Notes under the pieces: generated by a model
Databases searched by the model: none
The model's input: only the letters and a program-made list of their open reading frames with translations
What the model was told of the DNA's origin: nothing
DNA from: Phormidesmis sp.
GTDB taxonomy: Bacteria > Cyanobacteriota > Cyanobacteriia > Leptolyngbyales > Leptolyngbyaceae
Assembly: GCA_965248535.1 (NCBI GenBank)
Contig: CBDFJR010000002.1
Location: 1,696,001-1,760,000 of the forward strand
Direction: 5' to 3'
DNA length: 64,000 nt
Translations under genes and position numbers: made by a program
Part shown: in pieces, positions 50,424 through 61,177 of the stretch
Numbering within the stretch: the first letter of the stretch is position 1
Layout of the letters: each line of letters opens with the position of its first letter

Positions 50424-53400
50424 ATGTTTGAAAAAAAAGACAATTCCATCCTCAATCTGGCGCTCTTGACCGCGATCGTAGCGGCATCTCAACCGTTAGC
50501 AGTCCCTTTGGTGACCTCTCCAGGGTTAGCACAAATTGCCGCTGCTGGGGTTCCGACGGCTTTTCCACTACCCACCGCCCTCCCCACCGGGACAACCGTT
50601 CGGATTGATGGCTCAAGCAGCATGGCAACCGCTAACCAGGCGCTAAAACAGCGATTTGAGACACAGTTTCCAGGCACCCGCGTCACCCTCGGCTATGACG
50701 GCACCCCTGCCGCCCTCAAAGCCGTTTTAGATGGAAAAACTGACATTGCAGCGATCGGGCGCTCTCTCACCCCCCAAGAAAAAGCCCAAGGCTTGACCGC
50801 AGTTCCGGTATCACGAGACAAAATCGCGATCGTGATCGGGGCTAACAATCCCTTTAATGGCAGCCTCACCAGTGAGCAGTTTGCCAAAATCTTTCGCGGC
50901 GAGATCACTGACTGGTCAGAAGTAGGCGGCGCTCCGGGCAAGATTCGCGTTCTTGATCGCCCTGAACTCAGTGACACTCGGCAAGCCTTTCGCGGCTACC
51001 CGGTGTTTAAAGCGGCTCCCTTCACCTCAGGCTCAACCACCACCAGACTTTCAGAAGACAGCACTGCGACCGTGATCTCGCAACTGCAAACCGATGGCAT
51101 TGGCTATGCGATCGCCAGTCAAGCACGAGAAGCCGCCGGATTGAAGGTGTTGCCCATGCACAACACCCTCCCGACTGATCCAAGATATCCCTTTTCGCAG
51201 CCGTTGGTGTATGTCTATAAAGGGTCTACTCCTAGCCCGGCGATCGCGGCCTTTTTGAGCTATGCGTCTGCGCCCGATGCGCCCCAGACTCTTCAATCTG
51301 CTCAATTTGACCCTGCCGCCCTGGCTGCCGGAAGCGCGGCTGGTGCTGGTGCGGCGGCTGCGGCGCTCAATGTCGCCCCGACTGCAACGATCGCGCCCAC
51401 CCCAAGCACACCGCCTGACAGTGGCACCACTCCACCGTTAGCGGCCACCCCCACGACACCGGCCACTGCCCCGACAAATGCTCCGACGGCTGTCGCCGAT
51501 GCTCGATCGGCTCAAGTCGATGGTGGCATTCCGCCGTGGCTTTTGTGGCTGCTGCCTCTCGGTTTGCTAGGACTATTTTTGTGGTGGTTTAAAAGTCGTC
51601 GCAGCCCGATTGCAGAGCCTGCCGAAAGCCCGATTGAGCCAGTCGTAGCTCCTAGACCCCCGATCGCGCCAGACCCGACTGTCGTTCCCCCCGCGACTGA
51701 TCTTATCGAGCCTGCTGCTGAGAATCCTAATCTGGCTGCCAGAGCCGGGTCGGTGATCAACTCAGACCGGGCCGCGATCGCCGATCAACCTGCCTCTGAA
51801 ATCAGCGATCCTCGTCTGGAAATCACTTCACCCACCGCGCCAGACTCCAGCCTGATGGGAGCCGCCCTAGCAGCCGGGGCAGGAGCCGCAGCTTGGGCTG
51901 ATCAGTCTGAGCCTTCAGACCTCACTGAGCCTCCTTTAATTTCGTCGCCCCCTGCGCCCGATGTGATCGCGTCACCATCGGCTGAATCAGCATCGGCATC
52001 CCCTATAGAAACTTCTGTCTCAGGTGAGCCGTCAACGCCCGACTCGACGCTGGTTGCGGGAGCCGCCCTAGCAGGTGGAGCAGCTTTAGGGGCAGGAGCC
52101 GCAGCTTGGACAGCCCGATCGCAAGACACCGCGCCCGACGTTTTAGCAGCGCTACCAGATGTGGCTACGAGCGAAGATTTAGAGATCGAAGCCGTGCTTT
52201 CGACCTTTGACACGATCGACCAACTAGATGCTGACCTGCCGATCGCGACCACTGACACCCCAACCGAACTTAACCTAGACGAGGCAACCTCTGCGTCAGA
52301 ATTGCCTGAAACGGGTGCTCCGATCGCTGCTGCCGGGCTAGTTGGCGGGGCTGCCCTAGCTGCGGGGGCTGCGGCTTGGATGTTGAACGATGGCGATCGG
52401 ACTCAGTTGGAGGTCGAAGCCGCCAAATTTGATGTCGGACAAACTGACCTCAGCCGCGAAACCTTAGCCACCGTTGACGAAGGATTGCCCGATTTGCCAG
52501 CAGGCTATGGAGACAGTCGAATTGTTCTGCTGCCTCGTGACCCGCAGTGGGGTTACACCTACTGGGATGTCTCCAACGAGCACAAATCTGAAGTGCGACA
52601 GCAAGGAGGACAAAGCCTAGTGCTGCGGCTCTATGATGTCACTGATATTGAGGTCAATCACCAAACCCCCCACAGCATGCAGCAGTTTGACTGCGATGAA
52701 ATGGCCCGCGATTGGTATCTTGCGATCCCGGTTAGCGATCGTGACTACCTCGTCGAAATCGGCTATCTCACCCAAGATGGGCGCTGGCTGATGTTGGCGC
52801 GATCCCTCCCGGCTCGCATTCCCCCCACTTACCCCTCCGATTGGTTTGAAGAGCAATTTGTGACGATCGACTGGCAAGAAGACCTGCGGAGTAAAACCTT
52901 TTTAGAACTCGTGCCCCCCAGCCAGCGCACCGAGGTCGTTGCTAATCCCATCTATGATCAGCTTTTTGGCATGGCCCAGTCAGCCGAGGCGCAGCGAGTC
53001 GTCGGTTCTCTATTCGGCTCTATGCAGCAGGTAGTGACCCAGCAATCGATTAGCTCGTTTGGCTTGCAGCCCGGAGTTGGCTTTGCCCTAGGAGAATTAC
53101 CCACTCTGTCAGGGATTGGTATGTCAGGTATTGGGATGTCAGGGATCGGCATGTCGGGCATCGGACTGTCGGCATCGGCTGCCCCCATCCGCCCCCGTAA
53201 CTTTTGGCTGGTCGCCGATGCAGAACTGATCGTTTATGGCGCAACCGAACCGGATGCTGAGGTGACGATCGACGGCACCCCCATCACCCTTAACCCTGAC
53301 GGCACGTTCCGGTTTCAAGTGTCGTTTCAAGATGGAGTCATCCACTACCCCATCATTGCGGTGGCCGCCGACGGTGAACAGCTACGCTCCATTCACATGA

Positions 53401-53471
53401 AATTCACTCGCGAAACGCCCCATCGCCACACAAACACTAAAAACGAAGCTCAAGACGAATGGCTTTTTTAG
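50424..53471 (+). CDS. PstS-like periplasmic binding domain + TM + low-complexity linker + DUF4912 fusion
   Basis: RIDGSSSM, IFRGEITDWSEVGG, DGIGY; WLLWLLPLGLLGLFLWWF TM; LLPRDPQWGYTYWD, FWLVADAELIVYGATEP. Confidence 0.85.
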   Translation: MFEKKDNSILNLALLTAIVAASQPLAVPLVTSPGLAQIAAAGVPTAFPLPTALPTGTTVRIDGSSSMATANQALKQRFETQFPGTRVTLGYDGTPAALKAVLDGKTDIAAIGRSLTPQEKAQGLTAVPVSRDKIAIVIGANNPFNGSLTSEQFAKIFRGEITDWSEVGGAPGKIRVLDRPELSDTRQAFRGYPVFKAAPFTSGSTTTRLSEDSTATVISQLQTDGIGYAIASQAREAAGLKVLPMHNTLPTDPRYPFSQPLVYVYKGSTPSPAIAAFLSYASAPDAPQTLQSAQFDPAALAAGSAAGAGAAAAALNVAPTATIAPTPSTPPDSGTTPPLAATPTTPATAPTNAPTAVADARSAQVDGGIPPWLLWLLPLGLLGLFLWWFKSRRSPIAEPAESPIEPVVAPRPPIAPDPTVVPPATDLIEPAAENPNLAARAGSVINSDRAAIADQPASEISDPRLEITSPTAPDSSLMGAALAAGAGAAAWADQSEPSDLTEPPLISSPPAPDVIASPSAESASASPIETSVSGEPSTPDSTLVAGAALAGGAALGAGAAAWTARSQDTAPDVLAALPDVATSEDLEIEAVLSTFDTIDQLDADLPIATTDTPTELNLDEATSASELPETGAPIAAAGLVGGAALAAGAAAWMLNDGDRTQLEVEAAKFDVGQTDLSRETLATVDEGLPDLPAGYGDSRIVLLPRDPQWGYTYWDVSNEHKSEVRQQGGQSLVLRLYDVTDIEVNHQTPHSMQQFDCDEMARDWYLAIPVSDRDYLVEIGYLTQDGRWLMLARSLPARIPPTYPSDWFEEQFVTIDWQEDLRSKTFLELVPPSQRTEVVANPIYDQLFGMAQSAEAQRVVGSLFGSMQQVVTQQSISSFGLQPGVGFALGELPTLSGIGMSGIGMSGIGMSGIGLSASAAPIRPRNFWLVADAELIVYGATEPDAEVTIDGTPITLNPDGTFRFQVSFQDGVIHYPIIAVAADGEQLRSIHMKFTRETPHRHTNTKNEAQDEWLF

Positions 53472-53479
53472 ACAGCAGT

Positions 53480-54418
53480 CTAAGACCAATACTTTTCTAA
53501 AAACGGCAGCATTCCCTCAGCTAACTGCTCAGGATATTCTTCATGCAACCCTAAAGAACCAGGCATCCGATGAACCTGAACTCCCGAAAAATGGGCTAAC
53601 ACCTCCACCTCAGCACGAGACTTGAGCGGCATCTGTTCCCCAATCACCATCATTACGGGCACGGGCAGTGGCTGAAACCAGTTAAACCAGTCCTGCCGCT
53701 TTTTCACAGCATCTAAAGCACCCGTCACAAAAGCAGCCGAAGCAAACCTAGCTCCTCGCTGTTGGGTTGTTTTCCATTTTTGCCGAATCAACTCTCGTGT
53801 GATGTGTTGAGACTCAGCAAATACATGGCGGCTAATCATGAACTTTAAAAATCCACGAGTTGTATTCAAGAAATAGAGTCCCTGCCCAATCACGGGTAAA
53901 TTAATCAGCGTTTGCAAGACTTTATAGAGGCGGCGATGCTCTCCCATTGCCGTCGGCAACGGCCCGCGCCAGGTCGGAGAGACCAACACGATCCACCGCC
54001 AAGGAGCCGATGTGCTGCCTCTGGCTCGACTTGCCAACTCCATCACATATCCGGCTGAGTGCCCTGCGGCAACCACCACCACAGGTTCAGAAAAGACGTT
54101 CTGAACGAAGTTTCGCAAAAAGGCTTCATAGAGGGCAGGCGTGTAGGCGATGTGAGGTCGTGACGACTCTCCAAACCCCACCCAGTCGAGCGCGATCACC
54201 TGATATTTTTGAGACAGCAGTTCTGCCAATCCGCGCATTTCGGTGCGACTAGAGACGCTGCTGAGAGCGGGCAGCAGCAAAATTGGCTTTCCCTCTCCCA
54301 AGACTTCATAAACCCCTGTGATGGGCTGGTTTTTCCAAGTCCAGTGATGTTGTCGGATGCTGCCGCCAATGCCGATCGCTGAAGAAATTGTAGTGGTCGC
54401 GGCAGAATTGTTGCTCAT
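53480..54418 (-). CDS. Alpha/beta fold hydrolase-like protein
   Basis: LLLPALSSVS, ALDWVGFGES, AAGHSAG, PTWRGPLP, HEEYP. Confidence 0.85.
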   Translation of the reverse strand: MSNNSAATTTISSAIGIGGSIRQHHWTWKNQPITGVYEVLGEGKPILLLPALSSVSSRTEMRGLAELLSQKYQVIALDWVGFGESSRPHIAYTPALYEAFLRNFVQNVFSEPVVVVAAGHSAGYVMELASRARGSTSAPWRWIVLVSPTWRGPLPTAMGEHRRLYKVLQTLINLPVIGQGLYFLNTTRGFLKFMISRHVFAESQHITRELIRQKWKTTQQRGARFASAAFVTGALDAVKKRQDWFNWFQPLPVPVMMVIGEQMPLKSRAEVEVLAHFSGVQVHRMPGSLGLHEEYPEQLAEGMLPFLEKYWS

Positions 54419-54454
54419 TCCGGTTTCCCTCAGTCCTCAAATTTCTCAGATTAT

Positions 54455-54643
54455 CAGAAAAATGGGTCTAAAATCCTGTCCTTCTAGGACGGCTTTGCTG
54501 ATACTTTTGCTACAATAGAATCAAGTCGCCATAGGGCATTGGGAGACTATAAACGGACGTGGAGGGACGGTAAGACTACTTCGGTAGCACATCTCAGTGA
54601 AGCGTCAAGAATCATCGCTCCTTTAGGACGGTGAGTATGTCAA
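54455..54643 (+). mobile_element. Non-autonomous IS200/IS605 derivative (LE + RE, no tnpA/tnpB)
   Basis: TTAT target, LE hairpin GTCCTTCTAGGACGG, RE GAAGCGTCAAGAATC...CCTTTAGG...GAGTATGTCAA. Confidence 0.75.
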
Positions 54644-54721
54644 TAGCTTACACCGTGCGATACGCGGTTCTCTAACCGTGACCAATGCAGACGGCTTATC
54701 AATGTGACCAGAGAAACCTTG

Positions 54722-54761
54722 AAAAACAAAAAGAGTCCGCAGCAACCCGCTACGGACTCTT
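54722..54761 (-). terminator. Intrinsic terminator of the PEP-CTERM gene
   Basis: AAGAGTCCG...CGGACTCTT stem followed by a U-rich tract on the minus strand. Confidence 0.7.
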
Positions 54762-54797
54762 GACACACGACTGACTGTGACCCGTGAATGACCGACC

Positions 54798-55607
54798 TTA
54801 TCGATCGGTCTTGCGTTGACGACGCAGGAGCAGACCCGCAGCGCCCAATCCGACTAGCGACAGCGTAACCGAGGGTTCAGGAACAGGCTTGACCAGAGCC
54901 TCCAAATTCTTTTCGCCGATGTCAACCACAAAGACAGCATCGTTGAAGTCGCGATCGGAGTTCTCATTTTTGCCGCCCGTTGCACCTCTAGCCCCGTAGA
55001 GATCTTCAAACCCCAGCAACAGATACTTCTTGCCAACGCCATAGGCGACTACGTGCTGAAGCCCATCTGCATTTAAAGCCGTTTGAGTGCCAAAAACAGT
55101 TGCGTTTGCGTTGCGGTTTAAACCATCAGCACGCAAGAAGAAATCGAGTTGCGACCCCCCCTTGATTTCGCCGACTTTTACGCTGTCACCCAGTTTGAGC
55201 GCATTTCCACCCCAACCTCCTACGCAGCCAGCCCCCTCGCAAGAGATATCTTTCAACAGCAGCCCTTCGGTCTGGGTTTGCCCGGTTGATGTGAACGCTA
55301 GCTGATTTCTGTAGGCTGCCCCTTCATTGATAAAGAAAGCAGAAACGTTGTAGTCATATTTCAACCCTAGCTTGCTGGGGTCGAGTTGAAACTGCCCACT
55401 GTTAGGGATGGCAACTCGTTCTTTCTGCACAAACTGCTGATAGGGTGCATCGCTGAAGCCAGTTTGACTTTTGCCATAAATAGTGGGCTGGGGCTTATCC
55501 CAAACCGCGCTAGACGATGATAGAGCGGTGGCTGGGGCAATTTGAGAAAAGGCTCCCGTGACAGCGGCGGCTGTGATAAACAGACTAGTTGCGAGTTTGG
55601 TATTCAT
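54798..55607 (-). CDS. PEP-CTERM protein with DUF4114-like domain
   Basis: Signal peptide, LGFEDL...SDRDFNDAVF, VPEPS + TM + RRQRK. Confidence 0.92.
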   Translation of the reverse strand: MNTKLATSLFITAAAVTGAFSQIAPATALSSSSAVWDKPQPTIYGKSQTGFSDAPYQQFVQKERVAIPNSGQFQLDPSKLGLKYDYNVSAFFINEGAAYRNQLAFTSTGQTQTEGLLLKDISCEGAGCVGGWGGNALKLGDSVKVGEIKGGSQLDFFLRADGLNRNANATVFGTQTALNADGLQHVVAYGVGKKYLLLGFEDLYGARGATGGKNENSDRDFNDAVFVVDIGEKNLEALVKPVPEPSVTLSLVGLGAAGLLLRRQRKTDR

Positions 55608-56003
55608 AAAATTTGTAGGTGAAGTGCAGACAACCCTCTAACCAGCGCACTCTCAACTTGCTTGTATACTGAATGTGCTGTGTAGCTTTTAATACTTCTA
55701 GCAGAGTTTGTCCGCTGTCGTCATCAGCTTTGGTGATTCTTAGCCGACTCTTCACTAAAAGCCATATCCTGTCGGGTTTATACGCATTTTCTCTAGCGTG
55801 TCCTACATTAGTGTATGTGTGTTTATACTTAAACTTAAATACTTAGATGCGAATAATACGCACCTCTTTAGGCTGATTTCAATCTGCTTTGGTAGCGTTG
55901 ACTGAGTTCCATCAGGAAGGGGCCAGTAAGTTGCAGGAACCCCTTCCGTATAATGTTCTGCACCCTAGAAAAAGAGGCGGCGATCGTGCCCGCAAATCTC
56001 TGC

Positions 56004-57071
56004 CTAAGAATCGCGACGAAACAGGCGAGAATTGGCATATCGTGGGCGGCGGATGACGTGTTTGCGAACAAACTGAGGAATATCTCCGCGATGTCCCATG
56101 ACGATCACCGTGTCTCCTTCACTCAAAACTAGTGTCTGATTGGGATGAGTAATGGTGGTGCCGTCAATTTTACGCAGTGCCACAATGATAAAGGTTCCTT
56201 TGCCGCGCACTTCAACGTCTTCGATCGTTGCCCCCACCATCGGAGAGTTGTGCGCGATCGCCAGTTCATCGACTTGAATATCGACTTGTGATAACAGTTC
56301 GTTTAGACGACTGCGGCCATCGTCATTGCTGAAAAACTCCATCGTGGCAGGATGAGTGATCATGTGAGACATTCTCAGAGCACTAATCGCAGCAGGCAAC
56401 ACAACTTGATTGGCTCCTGCTAACCTGAGCTTTTTTTCAGTCGAAGGCAACTCACCACGGGCCAAAATCATTAACTTAGGGTTAAGCTCACGAGCCGTTA
56501 AAGTAATGAAAACATTGGCGGCATCATCGGGTAACACAGTAGCTAAAACTTTAGCCCGATCGATACCAGCCGTGTGCAATATTGCTTCGTCAGTGGCATT
56601 TCCGACTCGAATTAAATAACCCGACGATTCAGCCATTGCTGTGCGTTCAGCATTATTATCAATGATCACGCAGGGAATGTTAGCGTCTATCATCTTGCGA
56701 GCTAAAATTTGACCCATCCGACCAAAGCCGCAAATAATCACATGGTGTTCTAACGTTTCGATGCTGCGGGTCATTCGTCTTGCTCCTAGCGCTTTATTAA
56801 TTTCTCCTTCTGTGATCATTTGAACGAAACCGCCCACAATGTAAACGGCCGATGAGGTTCCTGCAACAATTACGAAAATTGTGAAGATTCTCAGCGTTGT
56901 ACTAGTGATTGGATGAACTTCGCCGTAGCCAACCCCAAACGTTGTGATCACGACCATATAAATGGCATCCATCAGTGACCAACCAGCCAGCATATAACCC
57001 ACTACAGCCGTGATCATCGTAGTGATAAAAAAGATTGCTCCCGTGAGAATGCGTTTCAGTGATCCTTGCAT
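56004..57071 (-). CDS. Potassium channel protein with TrkA-N/TrkA-C domains
   Basis: TTFGVGYGE selectivity filter, ICGFGRMG, GNAT, LAGANQVVLP. Confidence 0.92.
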   Translation of the reverse strand: MQGSLKRILTGAIFFITTMITAVVGYMLAGWSLMDAIYMVVITTFGVGYGEVHPITSTTLRIFTIFVIVAGTSSAVYIVGGFVQMITEGEINKALGARRMTRSIETLEHHVIICGFGRMGQILARKMIDANIPCVIIDNNAERTAMAESSGYLIRVGNATDEAILHTAGIDRAKVLATVLPDDAANVFITLTARELNPKLMILARGELPSTEKKLRLAGANQVVLPAAISALRMSHMITHPATMEFFSNDDGRSRLNELLSQVDIQVDELAIAHNSPMVGATIEDVEVRGKGTFIIVALRKIDGTTITHPNQTLVLSEGDTVIVMGHRGDIPQFVRKHVIRRPRYANSRLFRRDS

Positions 57072-57520
57072 GGGCGGTTGCCTTGATAAATTGTAAATAA
57101 TTGATGATGTAGTGGCTGATAAAATTAGTGTGTTTAGACAACTCAAAAGCCCTCACTTTATTCATAAACTGTTTAAGAGAGCTTTGTCTGTCTTGTTAAT
57201 ATCTTTTGTTGGTTAATAGCTGTAAGATTTTGAGTTGCCCGATCGCCCACCGTGATAGCCCTTGTGCAGTATTCAGTGGTGTGAGTTCTGAGTGTTGCCC
57301 CAAGGATTTGACCTGCGTGAATACACAGGTAAATTTGACTATTTAGACCAGATTCACCTGCTACTCTAAAGAAATCACTGACTCAAAGCCTTTGCCGGAA
57401 AATCACGAGGGGATGATTTACATCGTGATGATTCGATTAATGCTGCGACGATTAGCTGAAAATCGACGAACTTGGAAGCCTAAGACTGCTTAACTAACAT
57501 TTACAAACACTTTCTTAGCG

Positions 57521-58773
57521 GGTAATGAGCTTAATACTCAGATTCAGTATCGTCTAATTGAGCAGCTTTCAGAATCAGAAAGACGCTATTGAGAGTTGGT
57601 TGAAAACCTGCGTGAAATTGTATTCAAGTGCGATAAACTCGGCAACTTTACGCTGTTGAATAAAGCTTGGACAGCAACTTTAGGCTACAGCGTTACAAAA
57701 TGTCTCAATTGCCCGATCGCCGATTCTTTGCACGCCGAAGAACAAGATTTGTGGTTTGAGGTCTTAGATCAACTGATCAACAAGCAGGAAATCATCTGTC
57801 AGGAATTACGGTTTCATCATCAAACCGCAGAGATCGTTTGGTTAGAGTTATCAGCGCGATCAGAAGAGCCAGGAGAAATCGGGGGTTCCTTAACCAACAT
57901 CACTGATCGAAAACGAGCGCAGGCTGCTTTAAAAGAGACAAATGAAGCACTCTATAGAGCTGAACAGCTTCGGGTTGAGAACGTTGAGCGCAAACAGAAA
58001 GAGGCGATCTTGCTGGAATCTGAAAAGCAGCTAAAGCAGCAAGCCGATCAGCTAGAAACTACTTTACAAGAACTTAGACGAACTCAAACTCAACTCATCC
58101 ACGCTGAGAAAATGTCTAGTTTGGGACAGCTAGTGGCAGGTATTGCTCATGAAATTAATAACCCCGTCAATTTCATTTACGGTAATCTCACCCACGCCGA
58201 GGGTTATATTCAAGACTTGCTTAACGTGCTGAGTCTTTATCAGAAGCTCTCCCAGCCCTCAAGACGCGATTCAAGCTGCGGTGGAGAATGTTGAGCTTGA
58301 GTTTTTGCTAGAAGATCTGCCAAAGCTGATGAACTCAATGAAAGTGGGAGCCACTCGCATTCGTGAAATTGTGGTTTCGCTTCGCAACTTTTCCCGACTG
58401 GATGAGGCAGCCGTGAAGCACGTTAACATTCACGAAGGCATCGACAGCACCTTGATGATTCTGCACAATCGTCTGAAAGGCACCCAAAATCGACCGACGA
58501 TCGAGGTGATCAAAGAATACGGTGACTTGCCCCTAGTAGAGTGCTACGCCGGACAGTTGAACCAGGTGTTTATGAACTTGGTCACTCAGCTACCAGATGA
58601 TTCACGAAGGCATCGACAGCACCTTGATGATTCTGCACAATCGTCTGAAAGGCACCCAAAATCGACCGACGATCGAGGTGATCAAAGAATACGGTGACTT
58701 GCCCCTAGTAGAGTGCTACGCCGGACAGTTGAACCAGGTGTTTATGAACTTGGTCACTCAGCTACCAGATGAT
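57521..58773 (+). pseudogene. Decayed PAS histidine kinase
   Basis: TGA at 57590 in [15 protein letters not shown]-box, frameshift near 58250-58262, HATPase cut after VFMNL, tandem duplication. Confidence 0.85.
58428..58771 (+). repeat. 172-bp perfect tandem duplication
   Basis: 58428-58599 repeated at 58600-58771. Confidence 0.9.
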
Positions 58774-59003
58774 CGTGGAACAACATACGAGGGGAACATT
58801 GGAGTGCTACTCAGAACTAGAGAAGGGAACGGAGTTTTTGGTGAAAATTCCGACTACTCTCCGCCAGTAGATGATGCAGAAGATTTTTGGAACCAACCTG
58901 AATGTTAATTTGTCGGCAGCTATTGATTAACGGGGCAGAGCCTCGGCGAAGCGTTGCGATCAACGCCTCGTCCTTGCAGCCATCAGCTTTCAGAATTTCT
59001 AAA

Positions 59004-59255
59004 TCATTCTCCTCCAGAGGGTCGTCTAGCGTTCCAGGCGGCTCCTACTCCTGCGCCAACTCCTGCAATCATGCCTGTGGCCATTCCTTCTAGAGTTTTG
59101 GCGATCGGGTCTTGAGTCAGGCACTGATTAGTCAGCACCTTTGCCTGCAAACATTGATTACCGTCTGCCCAGCTAGCGGTTCCTCCCACTACCACGCCCG
59201 CAGCACTGCAAAGCAAGATCAACAGCAGGAAGGAACGATGTTTTTTTCTACCCAT
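59004..59255 (-). CDS. Small membrane hypothetical protein
   Basis: Two Gly-rich hydrophobic segments flanking a CLQ...CLT loop. Confidence 0.7.
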   Translation of the reverse strand: MGRKKHRSFLLLILLCSAAGVVVGGTASWADGNQCLQAKVLTNQCLTQDPIAKTLEGMATGMIAGVGAGVGAAWNARRPSGGE

Positions 59256-59380
59256 AGGTCGATGACAAATTGCGACACCATAAAGTTGATTCACTCTAAC
59301 TTACCCATTTACCGGATTGGTTTGAACTCCGATCGAGCATTTAGTGTCGCAATCTTGAATCAGGAATCTCGATTCCTGAC

Positions 59381-61177
59381 TTAATCAACTCGGATATTGA
59401 ACGGCAGACGCACATACACCCCTTTGGGATCGTTCATTGCACGAAGCGAAGCGAGATCTGCCTGAATTTTTTTCAACTCGCTGGTTATGGGGTCGCTCGG
59501 CGTTGCGTTGGTTTCGTTGCCCCCCAAAAACCGCCCCAAGAGTTTCTCTTCTAGGGTGCTGGTTTTAGGATATTCTTCTAGCTGCCAATCGTCACCGAGT
59601 TTTGCCCGGTTTGCCGCTTCTCTCACGGCATCTTCTAGCCCGCCCAACTCGTCTACTAAACCCAGAGATTTTGCCTTGCTGCCTGACCAAACTCGCCCTT
59701 GGGCAATCTCTGCAACCTTTGATTTTTGGAGTTTGCGAGAGTCAGAAACTTTGGTGAGAAACTGATCATAGATTTTGTTGACCGATCGCTGCACCAGTTC
59801 CAACTCTTCGGGGGTTTTAGGACGGCTGATCGTCTGACTGTCAGCAAAGCGCCCGGTTTTAACCACGTCCCACGTCAGTCCGTTTTGGTTGGCGATCTTT
59901 TGAAAGTTGGGCTGCAACCCAAAGACCCCGATCGAGCCAGTGATCGTGTTCGGTTCGGCAAAAATGCGATCGGCGTAGGTTGAAATCCAATAGCCTCCAG
60001 AGGCTGCCACATCGCCCATCGACACCACCACGGGCTTGACCTTGCGAGTCAACACGAGTTCTCGTTGAATGATTTCGGAGGCAGTCGCGCTGCCGCCGGG
60101 GCTATTGACTCTCAGCACGACTGCTTTTACGTCGTCGTCTAGGCGCAGATCTCGGAGTTGTCGGGCCAGGCGATCGCCGCCGACTTGCCCGGCTGTGCCC
60201 TGCCCGTTGACGATTTCACCATCGGCGTAGATCACCGCCACCTGCTGCTTGGCATTGCGCTTTTTAGGGCGATCGTCGGCAATTTTGGCATAGGTCTTGA
60301 GGCTGACCTGCCGGAAGGATTTATTTTCTTCGTCTTCACCTGTTAGGGTCTTTAGCTCGGCTGATATCTCGTCAGAGTAGGCAACTTTGTCAGCCAAACC
60401 TCTCTTTTGAGCCTCTTCTGGGTTGAGAATGCCCTGACTGTCGGCAATGGACTGAAACTGCTGAACGGTCATTTTGCGATCTTTGCTGGTGGCGGCGAGA
60501 AACTCACCCCACAGGTCACCTAAAAGTTTTTCGGTTTGCTCTCGGTTGGCGGGGCTGCGCTTGGTCAGCAAATATGGCTCGACGGCTGACTTATATTTGC
60601 CCACGCGGGTGACCTGCACGCCTACGCCAAACTTCTGCAATGCGCCTGCATAAAACATACTTTCAGAACTGAGACCGTTGATCTCTAATTGCCCGATCGG
60701 GTTAATAGCGATCGTGTCTGCCACAGAAGCCAGATAATATTCGCGCTCTCGCCAATCGACATCATAGGCATAGATTTTTTTGCCTGTCGTCTTGAATTTT
60801 GCCAAGGCTTTGCGGACTTCTTTGAGCGTGGCAAAGCCAGAAGCGCTATTGCTGCTGCTGCCGTGAAGATAGAGGGCAATGATTTTGGGATCGCGGGTGG
60901 CGTGGTCGATCGTGTCTAAAACCGTGCGAAGCGTGATCGTGTCGGGTTCGTCGCCAGAGAGGGCACCACTCACAAGCTCACGAGCCGACGACGATGGGCG
61001 AGAGTCGGTAATGTTTTGAGACAAATCGAAGACCAAGACTGATTTATCCTTCACCTGCGGCCCTGTGTCTCTAGAGGCGGTTGCAATCACCAAAAATAGT
61101 AATCCTCCGACGCTCAAACCTAGAAAGATGCAAATGCCTAATAGAGTCGCAAAGGTGTGTTTGAGAAAGTCACGCAT
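59381..61177 (-). CDS. sppA: Signal peptide peptidase (67K type)
   Basis: GKYKSAVEP, RVNSPGGS, AASGGY, TGSIGV, AQGRVWSG. Confidence 0.96.
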   Translation of the reverse strand: MRDFLKHTFATLLGICIFLGLSVGGLLFLVIATASRDTGPQVKDKSVLVFDLSQNITDSRPSSSARELVSGALSGDEPDTITLRTVLDTIDHATRDPKIIALYLHGSSSNSASGFATLKEVRKALAKFKTTGKKIYAYDVDWREREYYLASVADTIAINPIGQLEINGLSSESMFYAGALQKFGVGVQVTRVGKYKSAVEPYLLTKRSPANREQTEKLLGDLWGEFLAATSKDRKMTVQQFQSIADSQGILNPEEAQKRGLADKVAYSDEISAELKTLTGEDEENKSFRQVSLKTYAKIADDRPKKRNAKQQVAVIYADGEIVNGQGTAGQVGGDRLARQLRDLRLDDDVKAVVLRVNSPGGSATASEIIQRELVLTRKVKPVVVSMGDVAASGGYWISTYADRIFAEPNTITGSIGVFGLQPNFQKIANQNGLTWDVVKTGRFADSQTISRPKTPEELELVQRSVNKIYDQFLTKVSDSRKLQKSKVAEIAQGRVWSGSKAKSLGLVDELGGLEDAVREAANRAKLGDDWQLEEYPKTSTLEEKLLGRFLGGNETNATPSDPITSELKKIQADLASLRAMNDPKGVYVRLPFNIRVD

